Shown here: piece after piece, positions 9,201 through 19,702 of the stretch | Position numbering within the stretch: position 1 is the first letter of the stretch | Layout: each line of letters opens with the position of its first letter | IMG/VR virus record: IMGVR_UViG_3300025425_000120 | Span: 1 to 28,324 of that record | Strand: one strand, 5' to 3' | Length of the DNA stretch: 28,324 nucleotides | DNA from: a virus | Taxonomy: Duplodnaviria > Caudoviricetes | Notes under the pieces: generated by a model | The model's input: only the letters and a program-made list of their open reading frames with translations | The model's database searches: none | What the model was told of the DNA's origin: nothing | Program-made: the position numbers and the translations under genes

Positions 9201-12200
9201 GGGTTTGCATAAGGAGCACCAGCCATTACAAAATTTTCATCTGAACTGATTGATAGACTTTCTCCTAATCTTGCTGTGGAGTTTCCATCAACAGTGATAC
9301 TGTCGGTCATTGTTAAACTGTTTTGAATAGTGAATGCATCACCTGCTGTGTTCTGACGTCGAAAGAAGAAATGTATAGTGCCTTGTCCTGCGCCAGGAGC
9401 AGAAACGATCACTGTTCTTCCGTCATTCCTTGCTACAACCTTATGTCCAAACTCCTGCAGGCTCGTTGAATCAGGCGATGCTAGAGTGCGTGTGGTGTAT
9501 GGATCACATTTTTCATAGATGTTCCATAGTCCTGCACTGTCTGTGTCTGCAAAAACTCGATCGCCGTTTCTATCATTCACTGGATCTATGTCTCGATAGT
9601 CCGCATATGATAACAGATCGTTTACATTGTTCATCGAAGACAGGCGAACACTGATAAATTTTAACACATTGCCGTACGTGGCCAACGTGGATTCGTCTGC
9701 CAACAATCCCAACCCTGTCACCTGATCTGATTTTCCAAAATCAAAAATAATTGTACGGTAATCTACCACTGCGTACACTGTGTACACACCATTCAATCCT
9801 GCAAATTGTGAATTAGATATAGCAAAATAATCTCCTGCTGTAAAACCGTGAGCACCTGTCAGCACAACTTCTAACTGTGAGCCGCTGTTGATGGATCGTG
9901 TGCTCGCCACTTTAACATCAGGAGATGTCACTCTCTGCACGTCCCAATCTGTGTTGGATTTTTTTGCTATCCATATCAAATCGTTGGTTTTAAGTTGTGC
10001 AACATCTAAATTTAAAATATCGTCTACATCAAATGCTGTGTGCTGTACATCTTGCGATCTAACGTATCCTGCAGTTTTGTATGTTGTTACAGTGTCTCTG
10101 GTAACTCCTTCTTTTGAATAATCATACTGAGGGAAAGCAGAAGCGGCTGTAAACTCTACAGGTTTGTTGTAAAGATCATTTTTAGACACTGTGGCAGAAC
10201 GTGCCCAATCCACTGTGTCTGTGGGATTGTCTAAAAGCTCTATGCTCTGTATGTTGTCATTGAACGTGTTGTCATACAGTGTGACCTGAATAGATTTATT
10301 GCCATCGGCATTTCCAAATTCGCCTGTGCGAATCATCCACTCTGGGTAAATGTCTAAAGAAATATCAGCATTGTTGTATTTGGATTTTAACAATTTGTCT
10401 ATGGCATTCTGTGTGCCTTTTTCTCTGATATATCCTTGATAGAATTTATATTGTGTGATATCATTGACAAAAAGATTTTCTAAATAATCTCTGCTTTGGT
10501 ATCCTGTTAGATGCTGTGCTAATCTCTGTTGAGATTCATCAAAGTTGTTGGTCTCGAGATTATAGAAATCATTGAACTGTGCAATCTTGTAATCAAAGTT
10601 CGGTATCAGTTGAGGTGCTGGTTTATTGTCTTTCTTCTGCCATTGGTTGATATCAAACGTGTTGCCGGAATTATGGTTGGTTTTTGCCACATAAAATCCT
10701 GCTTGATACTCCACTGTGTCACCGTTTTGATAATCTGTGTTGGCCAACCATTTGGTCACCTGTGCGGCATCGAATACAAAACCTGGAGCGTAATAATCTC
10801 CGTTCCATTCTCCGGTCTTCCAACCCACCATTCGTAATCTCTGTTGACGGAATCCAGTGCTCAATTGAAATATAATGTCTGAGAACACTGTTTGATTGTC
10901 AAACAATAATATGTGCTCTTTCTGTACAGCATTCATTACAGCATTGTATATGCCCTGGTCTGGAGTTTTAGATGTTATTCCAAATGTTGTGCCTACTTTT
11001 TTTGTAGAAATATTGTTTTTATCAATGGTTCTTCCGCCGGCATCAGTTATGGTATATTCTCCTAGAAGGTTAGTGAGACGACTGATAATGCTGTTGTCTG
11101 TGGTAAGGTTAAATCCTGACGCTCCTGCTGACACAGTGATTGCAGATCCTGGTGCCCATCCTTGTCGTGTCCAGTATAAGAATTCTTTAGCCGCAGTATC
11201 CCAATTCATTACTTCTTTTAATTCATTGCTGAATGCATCGAAAGAAAAACCCTGTGATTCTAAATACTTGCCGTATCCTGTTAGGAAGTCTACCACGTCC
11301 TGTGAAGTTCGAAACACTGTACCGTATGTGACCACTGTTGCTGTCGTGGCAAACTGTTGATACAGAGTAGCACTAGCATTGCCCACTTGTAAGTTAGACG
11401 AACTACCATTCTTTAACGGAGCAAAGGTTTTAAAATATGGTCTTAGAGTATTATATCCAATCACTTTATAACCGCCTTCCAAAGAAGAGCCGTCTGCTGT
11501 AACATTCGTGTTCATCTCTATCAGTACACCTGAATAATCATAACGTGCTACTGGATTAGATGTTCTAAATAATAGTTTATAGTTCTCAGCTGGTATAAAC
11601 TGTGAGCCCGAAGATGATCCTGGCGACACAGAATCTGTTAGAATTTTTAAATTGTCTTTGTCTGTGAATCCGCCCAACTTGTATGCCAACTGCACATTTA
11701 AATTTTTCATCTTGTCGTAGTAGAATACTGACGGATCAAGATTGTTTTTAATCAAATAGTTCACTATCAGCGGTTGATACCCAGCTGTTTGGTATCGAGT
11801 GACTGTTCCTGTTTCTGTGTTTGTTACAGTTTCTAAATGGTATTTGGCTGTGTTTAATCTCTGTCTGGTGCCTGTGTCTGAGTCAATCACATTGCCTGCT
11901 GTGTTCGTTGTAAGACGAGAATTGTCTAAGAACAATCCAAAAAATTTCGCAGGACGAGTTAATGCTAATAATTTAACGATGCTGTAAGCATATGCAGTGC
12001 TTCTTCTCCATGCAGTTTCTGCTGGTGCTTGATCACCAAAGTTCCATCTGCCTGAGATAGCTCTACCTTCATAACTGTGTATCACTCCCGCGGCTGTGGG
12101 ATCTTTTAATTGGCCGTTGTCATCCACAGGAATGTAATTGCTCAATCCTGTTCTGATGTATCTCTCTATTGTGGTGTTCTGTGTTCTGTCGTATCCTGCT

Positions 12201-15200
12201 TCAAGGTCTTCCCACAGCACAGCATTGCCTGACGAGTAAGGTGCTGGTCCATAATTGTCTTCCCACGCAACAGGTTTTTCTGAATAGCCTAGCATTTCCC
12301 ATGGATGAGTGTGCGGTCGATCTGTATCATAGAACAATTTGTATATCGCTCTCCAATGTCCTGGCAATAGGGAATTGTCTATGATATTTCTAGACTTGTT
12401 GTAGTTGTACGTGAAAGGATCTGCAGATTTATAAGTGTTGTTGATCTGATAGTCTATGCTGTTCTTACCTGCCCACGCATAAAAATCTGTGCTCAATACA
12501 TCGTTAATTTCTGCACTGGTATAATCTGTTGCTGTAAACACGGAAGGTCTTACTTCTGTCTCTGTTAGTAGTGTGGTGTCATACACAGTCTTGCAGTTGT
12601 TGTAGATTCTTTTCTCTAGTTCTAACAGTATGTCATCGCGGAAATCACCGTATGCCACTGTGCGTGATCCGTCATGTCCTACAATCACATTGGTTGCAGT
12701 TCTATAGGTATTATCAGATACTAGCTCAGGTTTAAATTTAGGATACATTCCAAGTTTTGTTGGAGTAGGCGGAATGAAACTGCCTGTGGTATCTGTGTAA
12801 TCTTTAATTTTAATAATATCACCAGCAACAAGTGTGGCTGATACATTAACACTGTCATCTGCTGTGCTGAATGTATAATCCGTGTCTCTGATTAATTGTA
12901 CATCATTTAGATACACGTACACAGCTCTGTTGCTCACTGTGGTAATGTCAAATTGTGCGTCTATCGCATATTCTATTTCAGAAGCATCTTGTACTGTGTA
13001 GGTTCTTGTGGTAACATTTTCTCCCGTACCTATCATGTCTTCATAGTAGAATGGGAAACTGTTGTCTTTGTTTGCAGACATGTCAGCAATAATCTCATCT
13101 ACTCTGTCCGCTACTACACCATCGTATGTGGTGCCGGGTTGATAACCTAAAAATGACTGTCGGAAATTTTGATATTCTTGATTCACATAATCAATTGCTG
13201 AGACTGCATTAGCTCTTTGATCGATCAAATTGAACATGGCGGCAGTCAGTGGTCCACGGTGTTGTAGTATGGTTCCGCCTTTTAATCGTACATCTGGCAG
13301 GTCTCGAAGATTGGTAGATCCTGGAAATGTACCTGTGATGTTTAAATTCTTTTCGTGAATGTCATGCACGTGTGTCATTACCTGGCCATATGTAAATTCG
13401 TTTAACTGCTCGTTGAGAGGATTTATAGAAAGATTTTCTGGTACTTCGTATAAACCTTTTCCGTCTACTTTCTTAGCAGAACTATAACATTCTAATTTTA
13501 CAAGGTCTCCCACAGCAAGATTCAAATTAAACTTAACATATTTGTTTGTGGTTCCGTCCACCAATGTGTAGTTTGTGGTTAAGTCTTGTCTAATATGATT
13601 CACATCCACACTTACTGCTAGGTCAGAAAGATTGTTACTGTCTTTAAAAACGTCTACAGCAAAGTATTGCAACTCATCTTCTGTGACTGTGTAGGTTCTG
13701 ATTACTCGTTGTTTGCTCTGCTCTGCTCGTTGTACCCAAGCAGATTTAGAATTGTGCGTGGTTCTACTAGTGGTATAATGCAGGTGTCCTGCTCCATAAT
13801 TTTTTGTAAGGAAAGTGTTTCCGTTCTTGTATGTAAATGTGCCTGAGCTTAGATCTGATTCAAAAACAATATCTCCTACATTATTAATAGTGTTATATTT
13901 TACTTGTAACCCTAACACAGTATCAATGGTTGATGTGTCTGATATTTTATAATTGAATACTTTTGCACCCGTGAATGAGCTGTTAGGATATGCAGTAGTA
14001 TCGTCAAAAGAAGTATGACTATTATCAAACATCGCAAATAGAGGCTGTTGATTTAATACTGTTTTAGTCTGTCCTGTTTTCCACGTGGTTGTACTGCTGT
14101 CATAGTAATATGTTTTACCTTGATTGTTGGTTCCTAATTCAACGAACACCGAATCACTATCTGCGGGTGTTGTGTCTGTGGTTTCTGTCAGTGCTATCAC
14201 ACTGTTGGCACCCACTGTAACAAAATTAACTGTGTAGATTTTATTTTTAACCAGAGCATCTGTGTCCGCTGTGAATAAAACTCGCATACCGTTCACAAGA
14301 CTGATTCCGTCAATAATATAACCTGTGGCATTCACAATCGTAGAGAACACATCTGTGGTCACTGTGTCTATTAGAGCCACTGACTGTTTCGCAATCAATC
14401 CGTGATTGTACAGAGCCAATCCTGAATCAAACTCTATGATGGGTCTTTTTGCTCGATCACTCTCTAACAGTTCTGGAGTGTATCCGTTGGCTACCCCGGC
14501 GGCTTCGATCACCGCTCTGTGAGTCCACCTGTTGTATCTCGACCAAGCGTTCCTGTCTAAACTGTCTTTCTTGATTGTGATGTAGTCTGGAGTTACTGCT
14601 CTGTAGAAACTGATGGAATATGGCCTGTCATCATAGGCAATCGAGTCATACAGTGTGGTGCTCTCTTCTGAATAAGATTCCGGCACAATTAATTCTGCCG
14701 TGTCTGTGAGTGTGATACTGTCACCCACTCCTTCTATGTAGAATTCTTTACCAGCATATGTGGCTGTGTCTGTGACATTACTGCCAAATTTAATTTTCAT
14801 TCCATTGGAAAATTGTACTCCCGATGCAGAAGTATAGTTGTTGGCACCTACTATATTTTTTGCAACATCTATTGTTGTGGTTTCTGAAACAGTTTTAATT
14901 TGGAAGATACCATGCATGGATGCGTGTGTGCTACACTGATAATACAGAACATCCGGAGCTGTGTCTGGCACTGTGAATGTGACAGTGCCCACTCCTATGC
15001 CGCTGTTGGTCACTCCGTCTGTGTATATCACCGACGTGCTTCCGTCCACTGCTATGCCTGTTTTAAAAGGCTCAGTCATTATGTTGAAAGGATGCCCTGC
15101 TGAATTTAAAATAAATTTATAGGTGTTGCCTCTGTATAGAGTGACTGTGGGATTGTCAGTGGTGTTGTGTGTGCTGAACTGATAAGCACCAGACCCACTG

Positions 15201-15757
15201 TTCACCACTTTTATTTCGCTGACAGCACCTGTGCCCACTGTAGGAATTAGAATAGGATTTGGACCTTCTGGCAACCAATAGTATTCTCTGTAATTGATCA
15301 GCTTGTCGTAATCTATCGCAGGATTCCAGGCATACACAGTTTCTCTGTTCAATCTATCATGATTGTCGGTCTTACCACCAAAGTAGTTGAGTTGATTGAT
15401 GTAATCATCGTAGGTGGCAGAAAATTTTACCTGGTCTTCTGGATTGACAGAACTGGTGTCTCGGTCTGTGTAGGTCACAGCAGGCTCTAACTGATAGTCA
15501 ACACGAGCTTCGTTGGTAGCTGAAATGTATGAGTCTGTGGGTTTTGTTGTGTAGGCATACTGTCGTCCAACATAGCCGTCTAATCTTTCTAGTGCACCGG
15601 GTTGAATCAATTGATCCAACGTGCTGGAAAGAAATCTTTCATTAGAATCTGTTCGATAGTATGATGGTAACTGTGCTACGGATCTACGTATCTTGGCACC
15701 GTTCTTGTCAGTGACCACTTCGTAGTTTTTGGATGAGTTAAGAGGTGAATCTGCCAT
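3206..15757 (-). CDS. Giant modular baseplate wedge protein (4183 aa), gp7/gpI-like core with many accessory domains
   Basis: Single uninterrupted 12.5-kb ORF directly downstream of gp6. It contains a gp7/P2-gpI-like motif [18 protein letters not shown] (about 10390..10450) and [12 protein letters not shown] (about 6330..6370), a cupredoxin-like domain, seven FG-GAP-like repeats, CBM-like motifs and GDGxTxxF repeats. Confidence 0.8.
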   Translation of the reverse strand: MADSPLNSSKNYEVVTDKNGAKIRRSVAQLPSYYRTDSNERFLSSTLDQLIQPGALERLDGYVGRQYAYTTKPTDSYISATNEARVDYQLEPAVTYTDRDTSSVNPEDQVKFSATYDDYINQLNYFGGKTDNHDRLNRETVYAWNPAIDYDKLINYREYYWLPEGPNPILIPTVGTGAVSEIKVVNSGSGAYQFSTHNTTDNPTVTLYRGNTYKFILNSAGHPFNIMTEPFKTGIAVDGSTSVIYTDGVTNSGIGVGTVTFTVPDTAPDVLYYQCSTHASMHGIFQIKTVSETTTIDVAKNIVGANNYTSASGVQFSNGMKIKFGSNVTDTATYAGKEFYIEGVGDSITLTDTAELIVPESYSEESTTLYDSIAYDDRPYSISFYRAVTPDYITIKKDSLDRNAWSRYNRWTHRAVIEAAGVANGYTPELLESDRAKRPIIEFDSGLALYNHGLIAKQSVALIDTVTTDVFSTIVNATGYIIDGISLVNGMRVLFTADTDALVKNKIYTVNFVTVGANSVIALTETTDTTPADSDSVFVELGTNNQGKTYYYDSSTTTWKTGQTKTVLNQQPLFAMFDNSHTSFDDTTAYPNSSFTGAKVFNYKISDTSTIDTVLGLQVKYNTINNVGDIVFESDLSSGTFTYKNGNTFLTKNYGAGHLHYTTSRTTHNSKSAWVQRAEQSKQRVIRTYTVTEDELQYFAVDVFKDSNNLSDLAVSVDVNHIRQDLTTNYTLVDGTTNKYVKFNLNLAVGDLVKLECYSSAKKVDGKGLYEVPENLSINPLNEQLNEFTYGQVMTHVHDIHEKNLNITGTFPGSTNLRDLPDVRLKGGTILQHRGPLTAAMFNLIDQRANAVSAIDYVNQEYQNFRQSFLGYQPGTTYDGVVADRVDEIIADMSANKDNSFPFYYEDMIGTGENVTTRTYTVQDASEIEYAIDAQFDITTVSNRAVYVYLNDVQLIRDTDYTFSTADDSVNVSATLVAGDIIKIKDYTDTTGSFIPPTPTKLGMYPKFKPELVSDNTYRTATNVIVGHDGSRTVAYGDFRDDILLELEKRIYNNCKTVYDTTLLTETEVRPSVFTATDYTSAEINDVLSTDFYAWAGKNSIDYQINNTYKSADPFTYNYNKSRNIIDNSLLPGHWRAIYKLFYDTDRPHTHPWEMLGYSEKPVAWEDNYGPAPYSSGNAVLWEDLEAGYDRTQNTTIERYIRTGLSNYIPVDDNGQLKDPTAAGVIHSYEGRAISGRWNFGDQAPAETAWRRSTAYAYSIVKLLALTRPAKFFGLFLDNSRLTTNTAGNVIDSDTGTRQRLNTAKYHLETVTNTETGTVTRYQTAGYQPLIVNYLIKNNLDPSVFYYDKMKNLNVQLAYKLGGFTDKDNLKILTDSVSPGSSSGSQFIPAENYKLLFRTSNPVARYDYSGVLIEMNTNVTADGSSLEGGYKVIGYNTLRPYFKTFAPLKNGSSSNLQVGNASATLYQQFATTATVVTYGTVFRTSQDVVDFLTGYGKYLESQGFSFDAFSNELKEVMNWDTAAKEFLYWTRQGWAPGSAITVSAGASGFNLTTDNSIISRLTNLLGEYTITDAGGRTIDKNNISTKKVGTTFGITSKTPDQGIYNAVMNAVQKEHILLFDNQTVFSDIIFQLSTGFRQQRLRMVGWKTGEWNGDYYAPGFVFDAAQVTKWLANTDYQNGDTVEYQAGFYVAKTNHNSGNTFDINQWQKKDNKPAPQLIPNFDYKIAQFNDFYNLETNNFDESQQRLAQHLTGYQSRDYLENLFVNDITQYKFYQGYIREKGTQNAIDKLLKSKYNNADISLDIYPEWMIRTGEFGNADGNKSIQVTLYDNTFNDNIQSIELLDNPTDTVDWARSATVSKNDLYNKPVEFTAASAFPQYDYSKEGVTRDTVTTYKTAGYVRSQDVQHTAFDVDDILNLDVAQLKTNDLIWIAKKSNTDWDVQRVTSPDVKVASTRSINSGSQLEVVLTGAHGFTAGDYFAISNSQFAGLNGVYTVYAVVDYRTIIFDFGKSDQVTGLGLLADESTLATYGNVLKFISVRLSSMNNVNDLLSYADYRDIDPVNDRNGDRVFADTDSAGLWNIYEKCDPYTTRTLASPDSTSLQEFGHKVVARNDGRTVIVSAPGAGQGTIHFFFRRQNTAGDAFTIQNSLTMTDSITVDGNSTARLGESLSISSDENFVMAGAPYANPELSDSTVYTNAGLIKMYKWNTTALNYQESTTIVPPTDGSSASVDLNFGWSHALAGATNYLYVGAPGSDSDTGTVYMYTWDGVDTWTQESSFGSNDADAGQRFGHRIAVNDNGDIIAVSSLAPGNAGKVEIFTRSGTTNDGSTQFQWVHRQTINGVSSDGSTNNLSFGEAVTMSKDGTRLIISAPAYDNGEQADAGAVYYYKWDADGDSTQAFTLQQTITSPDTQTNMRFGSSLDINDAGTRIVIGAERSANFRTMQFDSGTTTFDLGDTNIGDLNTGSGGAFTATMYDTQFVIDDRLITDRVTDNDDFGKGVFINNDQVYIGSPNDDNSATDTGSLAVFDVTTPGTYAWSLLVNEEPLIDNTKIQSAFIFDRSKNAIIEYIDYYDPIKGRILGIADREINYKTEWDPATYNVGTTDKDVNENQAWGEEHIGEVWWDLSSARWTWYEQGTQEFRANNWGRLFPGSTIDVYEWIESTLLPSAWSSRSNTATGLANNISGQPLINNDTVLTVKQKYDSKLDGFVNYYYYWVKNSVFIPDSSKSVVTRKNTTAYVSNIITNPFASGLKYFAVSASNKLITFNLKDSLANSNVVLDVDYTANEHEGKTHSVWKIIQEGNKDDRPATKIESQWWDSLIGINSAGDAVPDIDLPVNQRYGNNIRPRQSWYVDRFAALKQIVDYTNSVLIKNQLANTISYTNLNSAEAEPTTQSGIWDAAVDTHADLTYIDTRDISGNANYLVRADEENSNGFWAIYQWDGLVFSRTRVQTYNTSAYYRLADWYAGDYSTATAINRQVVYQYQLDTLTVAVGTVVKVTAADTGGWKLFVRTNTGWDNVATENGTIQLSTTLYDYALNNTGFAGEDVFDGNFFDAEPVLETRKILTALRDDIFVGELKVEYNNLFFIGLRKVLEEQIFVDWLFKTSFINVTNSARALDQRKTYTTGTDEYVESYINEVKPYHTKIRDYKLGYTNTEVQDGLFSDFDLPVFYDAETATIRAVNPNTDTALIATYPYKLWNDNYKKTVSSITVFNAGADYTLAPTVTITGGGGTGATAVAKISNGSVQSITVTSAGSGYTTTPSVILSGGQSGGSAPSTPSRAYANLTNAMVRDIDVTMKFDRVARSGTVLTWTASTSYAVADLIRYNNELYQVVTAYTSTTDFDDNTDNLTKLRGDESYITAAERTLGLYNPQTGMPGNELAQLMQGIDYGGVMVTGLAFTNDQGWDSSPWYDATWDTYGTTRVKTFYGDGSTASYTFDSAPSATDVYTVYYSGVRQIADVFRGDGITTLFSLASAPGAGVKVELIPFDDDKVLTPTDDRTLDTLMSGGLFSSAVGIAPSDILVEGDGFITPDTSYAPEENVPGSMFDTLDIKVYTTPESGVPFIVNRNAIGDAVTTTFSIGQRPGTQAGVFVSVNGTTQTLGTEFTVDVAAKTVTFASAPALHSVINIKSFAVSGSNYVVLNDFTGDGNTTAFTTSARDTYQLDSALPTLYVTVNGVSTTAYTTTESNKTITVNFNSAPTAGQSIQVAGFNQDSTARSYAELRSNTITYDGSTTRYALTYPPGAIGPYAGLTLAEVNGALLRGPDNTYYYADGSTYSYGVVAGLSDDSTVDPAKTITSTAQIEVYINGTKKFLSTDYTVDTGTQTVSFVTVPTAGDIIAVTTLVDKHYRMEGTDIIFDTAQLTADSITFNANNVITVTTFNNALGMKQRREILEGRPSGEYYLAHEPLNADYVYVVLNSTETLVAGFDYVLEGNKITVSGQTFTSSDRLDVMYFAVESAVKSTGFRIFKDMLNRTFYKRISQTQTTTLTATLDIADTAMTVADGTLVSTPVASINAPGVIFIDKERIEFFQKSGNTLSQLRRGTLGTGIKAHAVGAQVVDAGGNQTVPYADTVYTSTHTGDGSSATFTTTHAPASADELDIFIGGQRLLLTAEDGSTVNYTVDGSTTAVTLTTTVPSSGVQVKILQKRGQVWYTTGASTASNGAGLQKSTTNQGKFIAEEPTNAPE
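3320..5500 (-). repeat. Protein-level tandem repeats, GDGxTxxF ... VxxNG(x)nDYTV type (about 70-90 aa beta-rich modules), in the C-terminus of the giant protein
   Basis: [82 protein letters not shown], paired with [32 protein letters not shown] and [18 protein letters not shown]. Not conserved at the DNA level. Confidence 0.75.
8180..9460 (-). repeat. Seven FG-GAP-like repeats (predicted 7-bladed beta-propeller) inside the giant protein
   Basis: [20 protein letters not shown]; [20 protein letters not shown]; [20 protein letters not shown]; [22 protein letters not shown]; [21 protein letters not shown]; [19 protein letters not shown]; [19 protein letters not shown]. Confidence 0.85.
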
Positions 15758-15759
15758 CG

Positions 15760-18700
15760 TTAATATCCTGTGCCACTGCTACCTGTAGAACTTGTGCTAC
15801 CGTAAGTTGATGTGGTCACCGAGGATACTGCTGATGAAGATCGAGTATTTGCTGTTGTTGTCGTGGTTGATGTTACAACTGTGCCAGAAGCCGCAAGTTG
15901 ATTTGCGCCTAGAGCATCAATTATTGTTACATCATCAACGGTGGCCCCACTGATGAAAATTTCGTCTGCCGCAGAACTGATCTGGAATAAAGATCCAAAC
16001 GTCTGTCCTGATTGGTTGGGCACTATCACTACAGTGAGTAGATCTGGCGCCAATTGATTGTGTATGTAAGCGGCCAATTCTGTAAAATAAAAAGTGTCGC
16101 CGAAGTCAAAATTGTTCAGAGCAAAGAATTCGTTGATTGCCGCAATCGTTCTGGTTTTAATCACTGCTGTGGAAACATTACTAGATGAATTCTTTACCAC
16201 TTTGAATGTGGCTTGATATGTTTCGTCTGCTGTGGTTCCAAATAAAATTTTATACTTCACAGGATGATAAATGATTTGATCACTTAATCCTTTCAATGGA
16301 TTGAGCGTGCCTGAATAACTGATTCTTAATTGATCAGATGTGCTAGACTGTGGTTTTGCTCCGCCTTCCTGTAACCAGGTTCTAAACAGAGAATCATATG
16401 TTCTTTCGAGCATATAGATATCAATAATGTTAGACACAGATGGATCAATACGAGTGTCCTGACCTGCATGATGACGATACTGGAAATCAATGGAGGATCT
16501 TCCTCTTCTAGCAATGTAATCTGTGTTTGCTGTTAGAGCTATTGTGGATGAATTGTACTGCTTGATCACATTCTCTGCGCCATCATAGAAATAAAACAAC
16601 TGCCCATTGGTGTATGTGCCTGGTAGAGTAATATCTGTTTCATTCTGCGTCACAATAAAGTTGCTGGACGCATAAGGCCTGTATCTCTGAATGTTGTTGT
16701 AACTGTTGTAGGTTTCAAAGAACACAAATTTTGTAGTGACATTTGTATCTGGTTCTACAATGATATCAAAAATTTCTGGATTGTCTACCACACCGTCGTC
16801 ATCGTTGTCATAAAATCCTATTTCCACTTTGCGATTGTCTTGATATCCATCTGATTCTGTTACTGTGTCTACCACCTGCCAATTGATTGGGTAGCCTACA
16901 GCAGAACCTGTAGAAGGCACAGTGTTGTTCTTGAGAATTTTTACAGAATCTTTTACCACTTGACCTGTTGTATAATCATATATTCTTTCAGTACGATCGT
17001 AATGAAATTTGTTCTGTCCCTCTGATTCAAACAGGTATTTCAATGACCTATAAGTCACTGTGTAGGTGTTACCATCATTGGTGAACTTGAACCACCAGCT
17101 GGTGTCTAAATTAGTATTTGTGGCATCGCCTGCGTAAGCAGTACTGAACAATGTGCTGTCACCAAGATTTGCTGAGGTTATCACTACCCACTCTGCGTTT
17201 TCTTCGTCGTATCTCAATCCAAATGTGTCGTATGCTTCTATTCTATTCTGTAGATCAGTTTTTAAAGTTGTAGAAAATGTGTTAGCGAAGTTGGGCACTA
17301 TAGCACTCAACACTGCGTTGGCTGGAATTTGATTATTAAGTGTGACCGGACCTACGCCTGATTCTAAATTGCCTACCCCACCATTGGCTCCATCGCCGTC
17401 CACTGCAGAAAGTTTTACCCAAGACCGATCTTCGGCATTGGTGGTGCCTGTGGTAACCAGTACTCCGTTTAAAAATTCTCGTGTATCAGGTGATACAAAT
17501 TTAACCAATGCTCCTGCTTGAGCATATTTCAAATTAGATGTGGCAAAATCTCCCAGTACTAAAGGACCGCCTGCTGTGAAATAACCTGTGTTGGTGTTGG
17601 TGCCTGTGGTAGTACTGACCCAGCTCGCTGACAGAGCTGATAGATCTTTTGTGCCATATTTTAAATAATAAAATTGTCTTGAGTATGATTCTTTTAATTT
17701 TGATTCTACCGAACTATTAATGGTATTCAAAATATCATTTTTATTTGAGAACGTAAATGTAAATGTAGGTTGAGATTCTTCTCTGTAGATAATACCGTCA
17801 TCTGCATACACAGAAACATTTGAGTATGCTCCTGTAGGATCTACAATATCTTTAGCTCGTGAAATGCCTGATGCTGTTCTGTTTACAGATTTAATTTTTA
17901 CAATCTCTTGTGACGCTGACAGAGGTACCACGTTGTAGTCTTCTGCAGTGATCATTCTGTTCTGTGAATAATATGTCTGTGGTGCTTTCTCTTGAATAGA
18001 TGCGTTGGACTCTGTTGCCGCGGCATTGTACACTGATTGTTTAAGACTTGCTGTCACAGTTAATATCTGAGCGCCTCCGTTGATGTCAACATACGGAATA
18101 TTAAATTGAATTCCCTGCATATCATTGGGCTGTATTGCATATTTTGCATTATCGCTGACTCTATGATACACTCTAAAAGAACCTGCAGGAATGTTAGAAA
18201 AATTACCATCCCCAAACACAAGATCGATTGCATCATTATTTTTTGTTACTACATTGTAGATGTTTCTTACGTTCTTTGAAAGGCTGTTGTAGATGGTGTT
18301 GTTGCCTACGATGTCTGGAACCTGTGTCCAAGTATTTTGAATTTGGCCAAAATCGTCCAATCCGTACAACCAAACATCGGTGTCATTCACATCGTTTACA
18401 TTAATGTTCTGCACATAGTTTGTAGTTGATTGAGTCACTGAAAAATCTGTAGAGGTTAATGATCCTTGTTTTGTTAAAAAAAAGAAACCGGTGTTGTTGC
18501 TGGAATCTCCGGAGCCATCTGTTCTGTAAAGATATGTAAATCCGCCTCCAGGTATTGGTGTTCTCTCATAGATAGAATCACTGCTAGATATAGTTGCTGG
18601 TATTACCTCAAAATTTCTTTGTACACCACTCACTGCTCTTGAATATTTAAAGATAGGCAAATCTGTATTGGAGCTGTTTACTGTATATGTTTCTGTTTTT

Positions 18701-19245
18701 ATGCCTCCGATGTTATCAGACTCCAACGGCTTTCCAAATTGTTGTCCATCAAAGCCAGCGGCATTTAAAATTTTTATAAATTGTTCTCTGTAATTGGAAT
18801 TTGTGGCATCATTCCACACCACTGATACGTTAGATAAATTTTGCCCTGAACTGTCTGTGACATTCTGTGTCGTTGAAACAGAATCTAATTTTAATAATCC
18901 TGTGGCTGTTTTATTCCTTTTAACATTATAGTTGATCAATCGAGCCAGTCGTAGAATTGAGTTCCTTCTGGAAGCAGTTTCTAAGAAATTTTCTCGAGCA
19001 TTTAGATCCACCCTGAAAGAAAGTGATTGTGCCACGTAAGCAATAAGATCGATTAAAGCCACATATTCAGAAGATTCTACAAAGTCGTTGAAATCGTCTG
19101 GATAGTTCTCGCGAAGATACGCCACCATGGTTCTTCTGAGTGTCTCAAAGTCGTAGGATTTGAAATCAGCCTGCTGGAAAGCAGTGTAGATTTTGCGCCA
19201 ATCTTCGGCGACTAATAATCGGTTTTGTCTATCTGTAGTGGCCAT
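15760..19245 (-). CDS. gp6: Baseplate wedge subunit, T4 gp6-like (1161 aa, enlarged)
   Basis: N-terminal DFETLR..YLR..F.DF.ESS...LIDLIAY...[23 protein letters not shown], central [12 protein letters not shown], and [17 protein letters not shown] matching the gp6 APxxxxxQxRxVTxxDY motif. Immediately follows gp25. Confidence 0.9.
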   Translation of the reverse strand: MATTDRQNRLLVAEDWRKIYTAFQQADFKSYDFETLRRTMVAYLRENYPDDFNDFVESSEYVALIDLIAYVAQSLSFRVDLNARENFLETASRRNSILRLARLINYNVKRNKTATGLLKLDSVSTTQNVTDSSGQNLSNVSVVWNDATNSNYREQFIKILNAAGFDGQQFGKPLESDNIGGIKTETYTVNSSNTDLPIFKYSRAVSGVQRNFEVIPATISSSDSIYERTPIPGGGFTYLYRTDGSGDSSNNTGFFFLTKQGSLTSTDFSVTQSTTNYVQNINVNDVNDTDVWLYGLDDFGQIQNTWTQVPDIVGNNTIYNSLSKNVRNIYNVVTKNNDAIDLVFGDGNFSNIPAGSFRVYHRVSDNAKYAIQPNDMQGIQFNIPYVDINGGAQILTVTASLKQSVYNAAATESNASIQEKAPQTYYSQNRMITAEDYNVVPLSASQEIVKIKSVNRTASGISRAKDIVDPTGAYSNVSVYADDGIIYREESQPTFTFTFSNKNDILNTINSSVESKLKESYSRQFYYLKYGTKDLSALSASWVSTTTGTNTNTGYFTAGGPLVLGDFATSNLKYAQAGALVKFVSPDTREFLNGVLVTTGTTNAEDRSWVKLSAVDGDGANGGVGNLESGVGPVTLNNQIPANAVLSAIVPNFANTFSTTLKTDLQNRIEAYDTFGLRYDEENAEWVVITSANLGDSTLFSTAYAGDATNTNLDTSWWFKFTNDGNTYTVTYRSLKYLFESEGQNKFHYDRTERIYDYTTGQVVKDSVKILKNNTVPSTGSAVGYPINWQVVDTVTESDGYQDNRKVEIGFYDNDDDGVVDNPEIFDIIVEPDTNVTTKFVFFETYNSYNNIQRYRPYASSNFIVTQNETDITLPGTYTNGQLFYFYDGAENVIKQYNSSTIALTANTDYIARRGRSSIDFQYRHHAGQDTRIDPSVSNIIDIYMLERTYDSLFRTWLQEGGAKPQSSTSDQLRISYSGTLNPLKGLSDQIIYHPVKYKILFGTTADETYQATFKVVKNSSSNVSTAVIKTRTIAAINEFFALNNFDFGDTFYFTELAAYIHNQLAPDLLTVVIVPNQSGQTFGSLFQISSAADEIFISGATVDDVTIIDALGANQLAASGTVVTSTTTTTANTRSSSAVSSVTTSTYGSTSSTGSSGTGY

Positions 19246-19260
19246 ACATTAATGTACGAG

Positions 19261-19268
19261 TATTTATT
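19261..19268 (-). promoter_or_regulatory. Putative late promoter AATAAATA upstream of gp6
   Basis: Plus strand tatttatt in the 43-nt gp25-gp6 intergenic gap, 15 nt upstream of ATG 19245. Confidence 0.65.
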
Positions 19269-19288
19269 GTTTGTATAAACTGCGTATA

Positions 19289-19702
19289 TTAAGACAGGCC
19301 TAGAGAACTGTTCTCATCGAACCCAAAAATTAATTTTTCGGTGATATTGTAGGGTTTATAGGTCAGATCCACCTGCACGGAGATGCCGTAATCTGATTGA
19401 CTCACTGTAATGTTGTCTGAAGACAGCCTAGGATCTGCATTAACGTTGGCAGTGATGTCATCTAGTATGGCTTGTTTTAAGTCATCTGTGAGTGGTTCAA
19501 ACAGTACATCATATATGATAGTACCAAAATCGGGATTCTCTAATCTTTCGCCTTTTCTAATGCTTAAACGATTGATTAGATTCTGTTTGAGCAGTTGGAA
19601 ATCGTACAATTTATAATTGTTGTTGTCAGCACGAGAACTAAACCCTTTAAATGCTCTTGATGTCGTTGTTACTGCTGTTTTGCCTGTGTTGTTGTCTACC
19701 AT
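19289..19702 (-). CDS. gp25: Baseplate wedge/sheath initiator, gp25 (GPW/gp25 family)
   Basis: 137 aa with LLKQNLINRLSIRKGERLENPDFGTIIYDVLFEPL and DPRL, the typical gp25 GER..P.FG....LFE signature. Located between gp5 and gp6. Its start overlaps the gp5 stop (ATGGTAG). Confidence 0.92.
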   Translation of the reverse strand: MVDNNTGKTAVTTTSRAFKGFSSRADNNNYKLYDFQLLKQNLINRLSIRKGERLENPDFGTIIYDVLFEPLTDDLKQAILDDITANVNADPRLSSDNITVSQSDYGISVQVDLTYKPYNITEKLIFGFDENSSLGLS

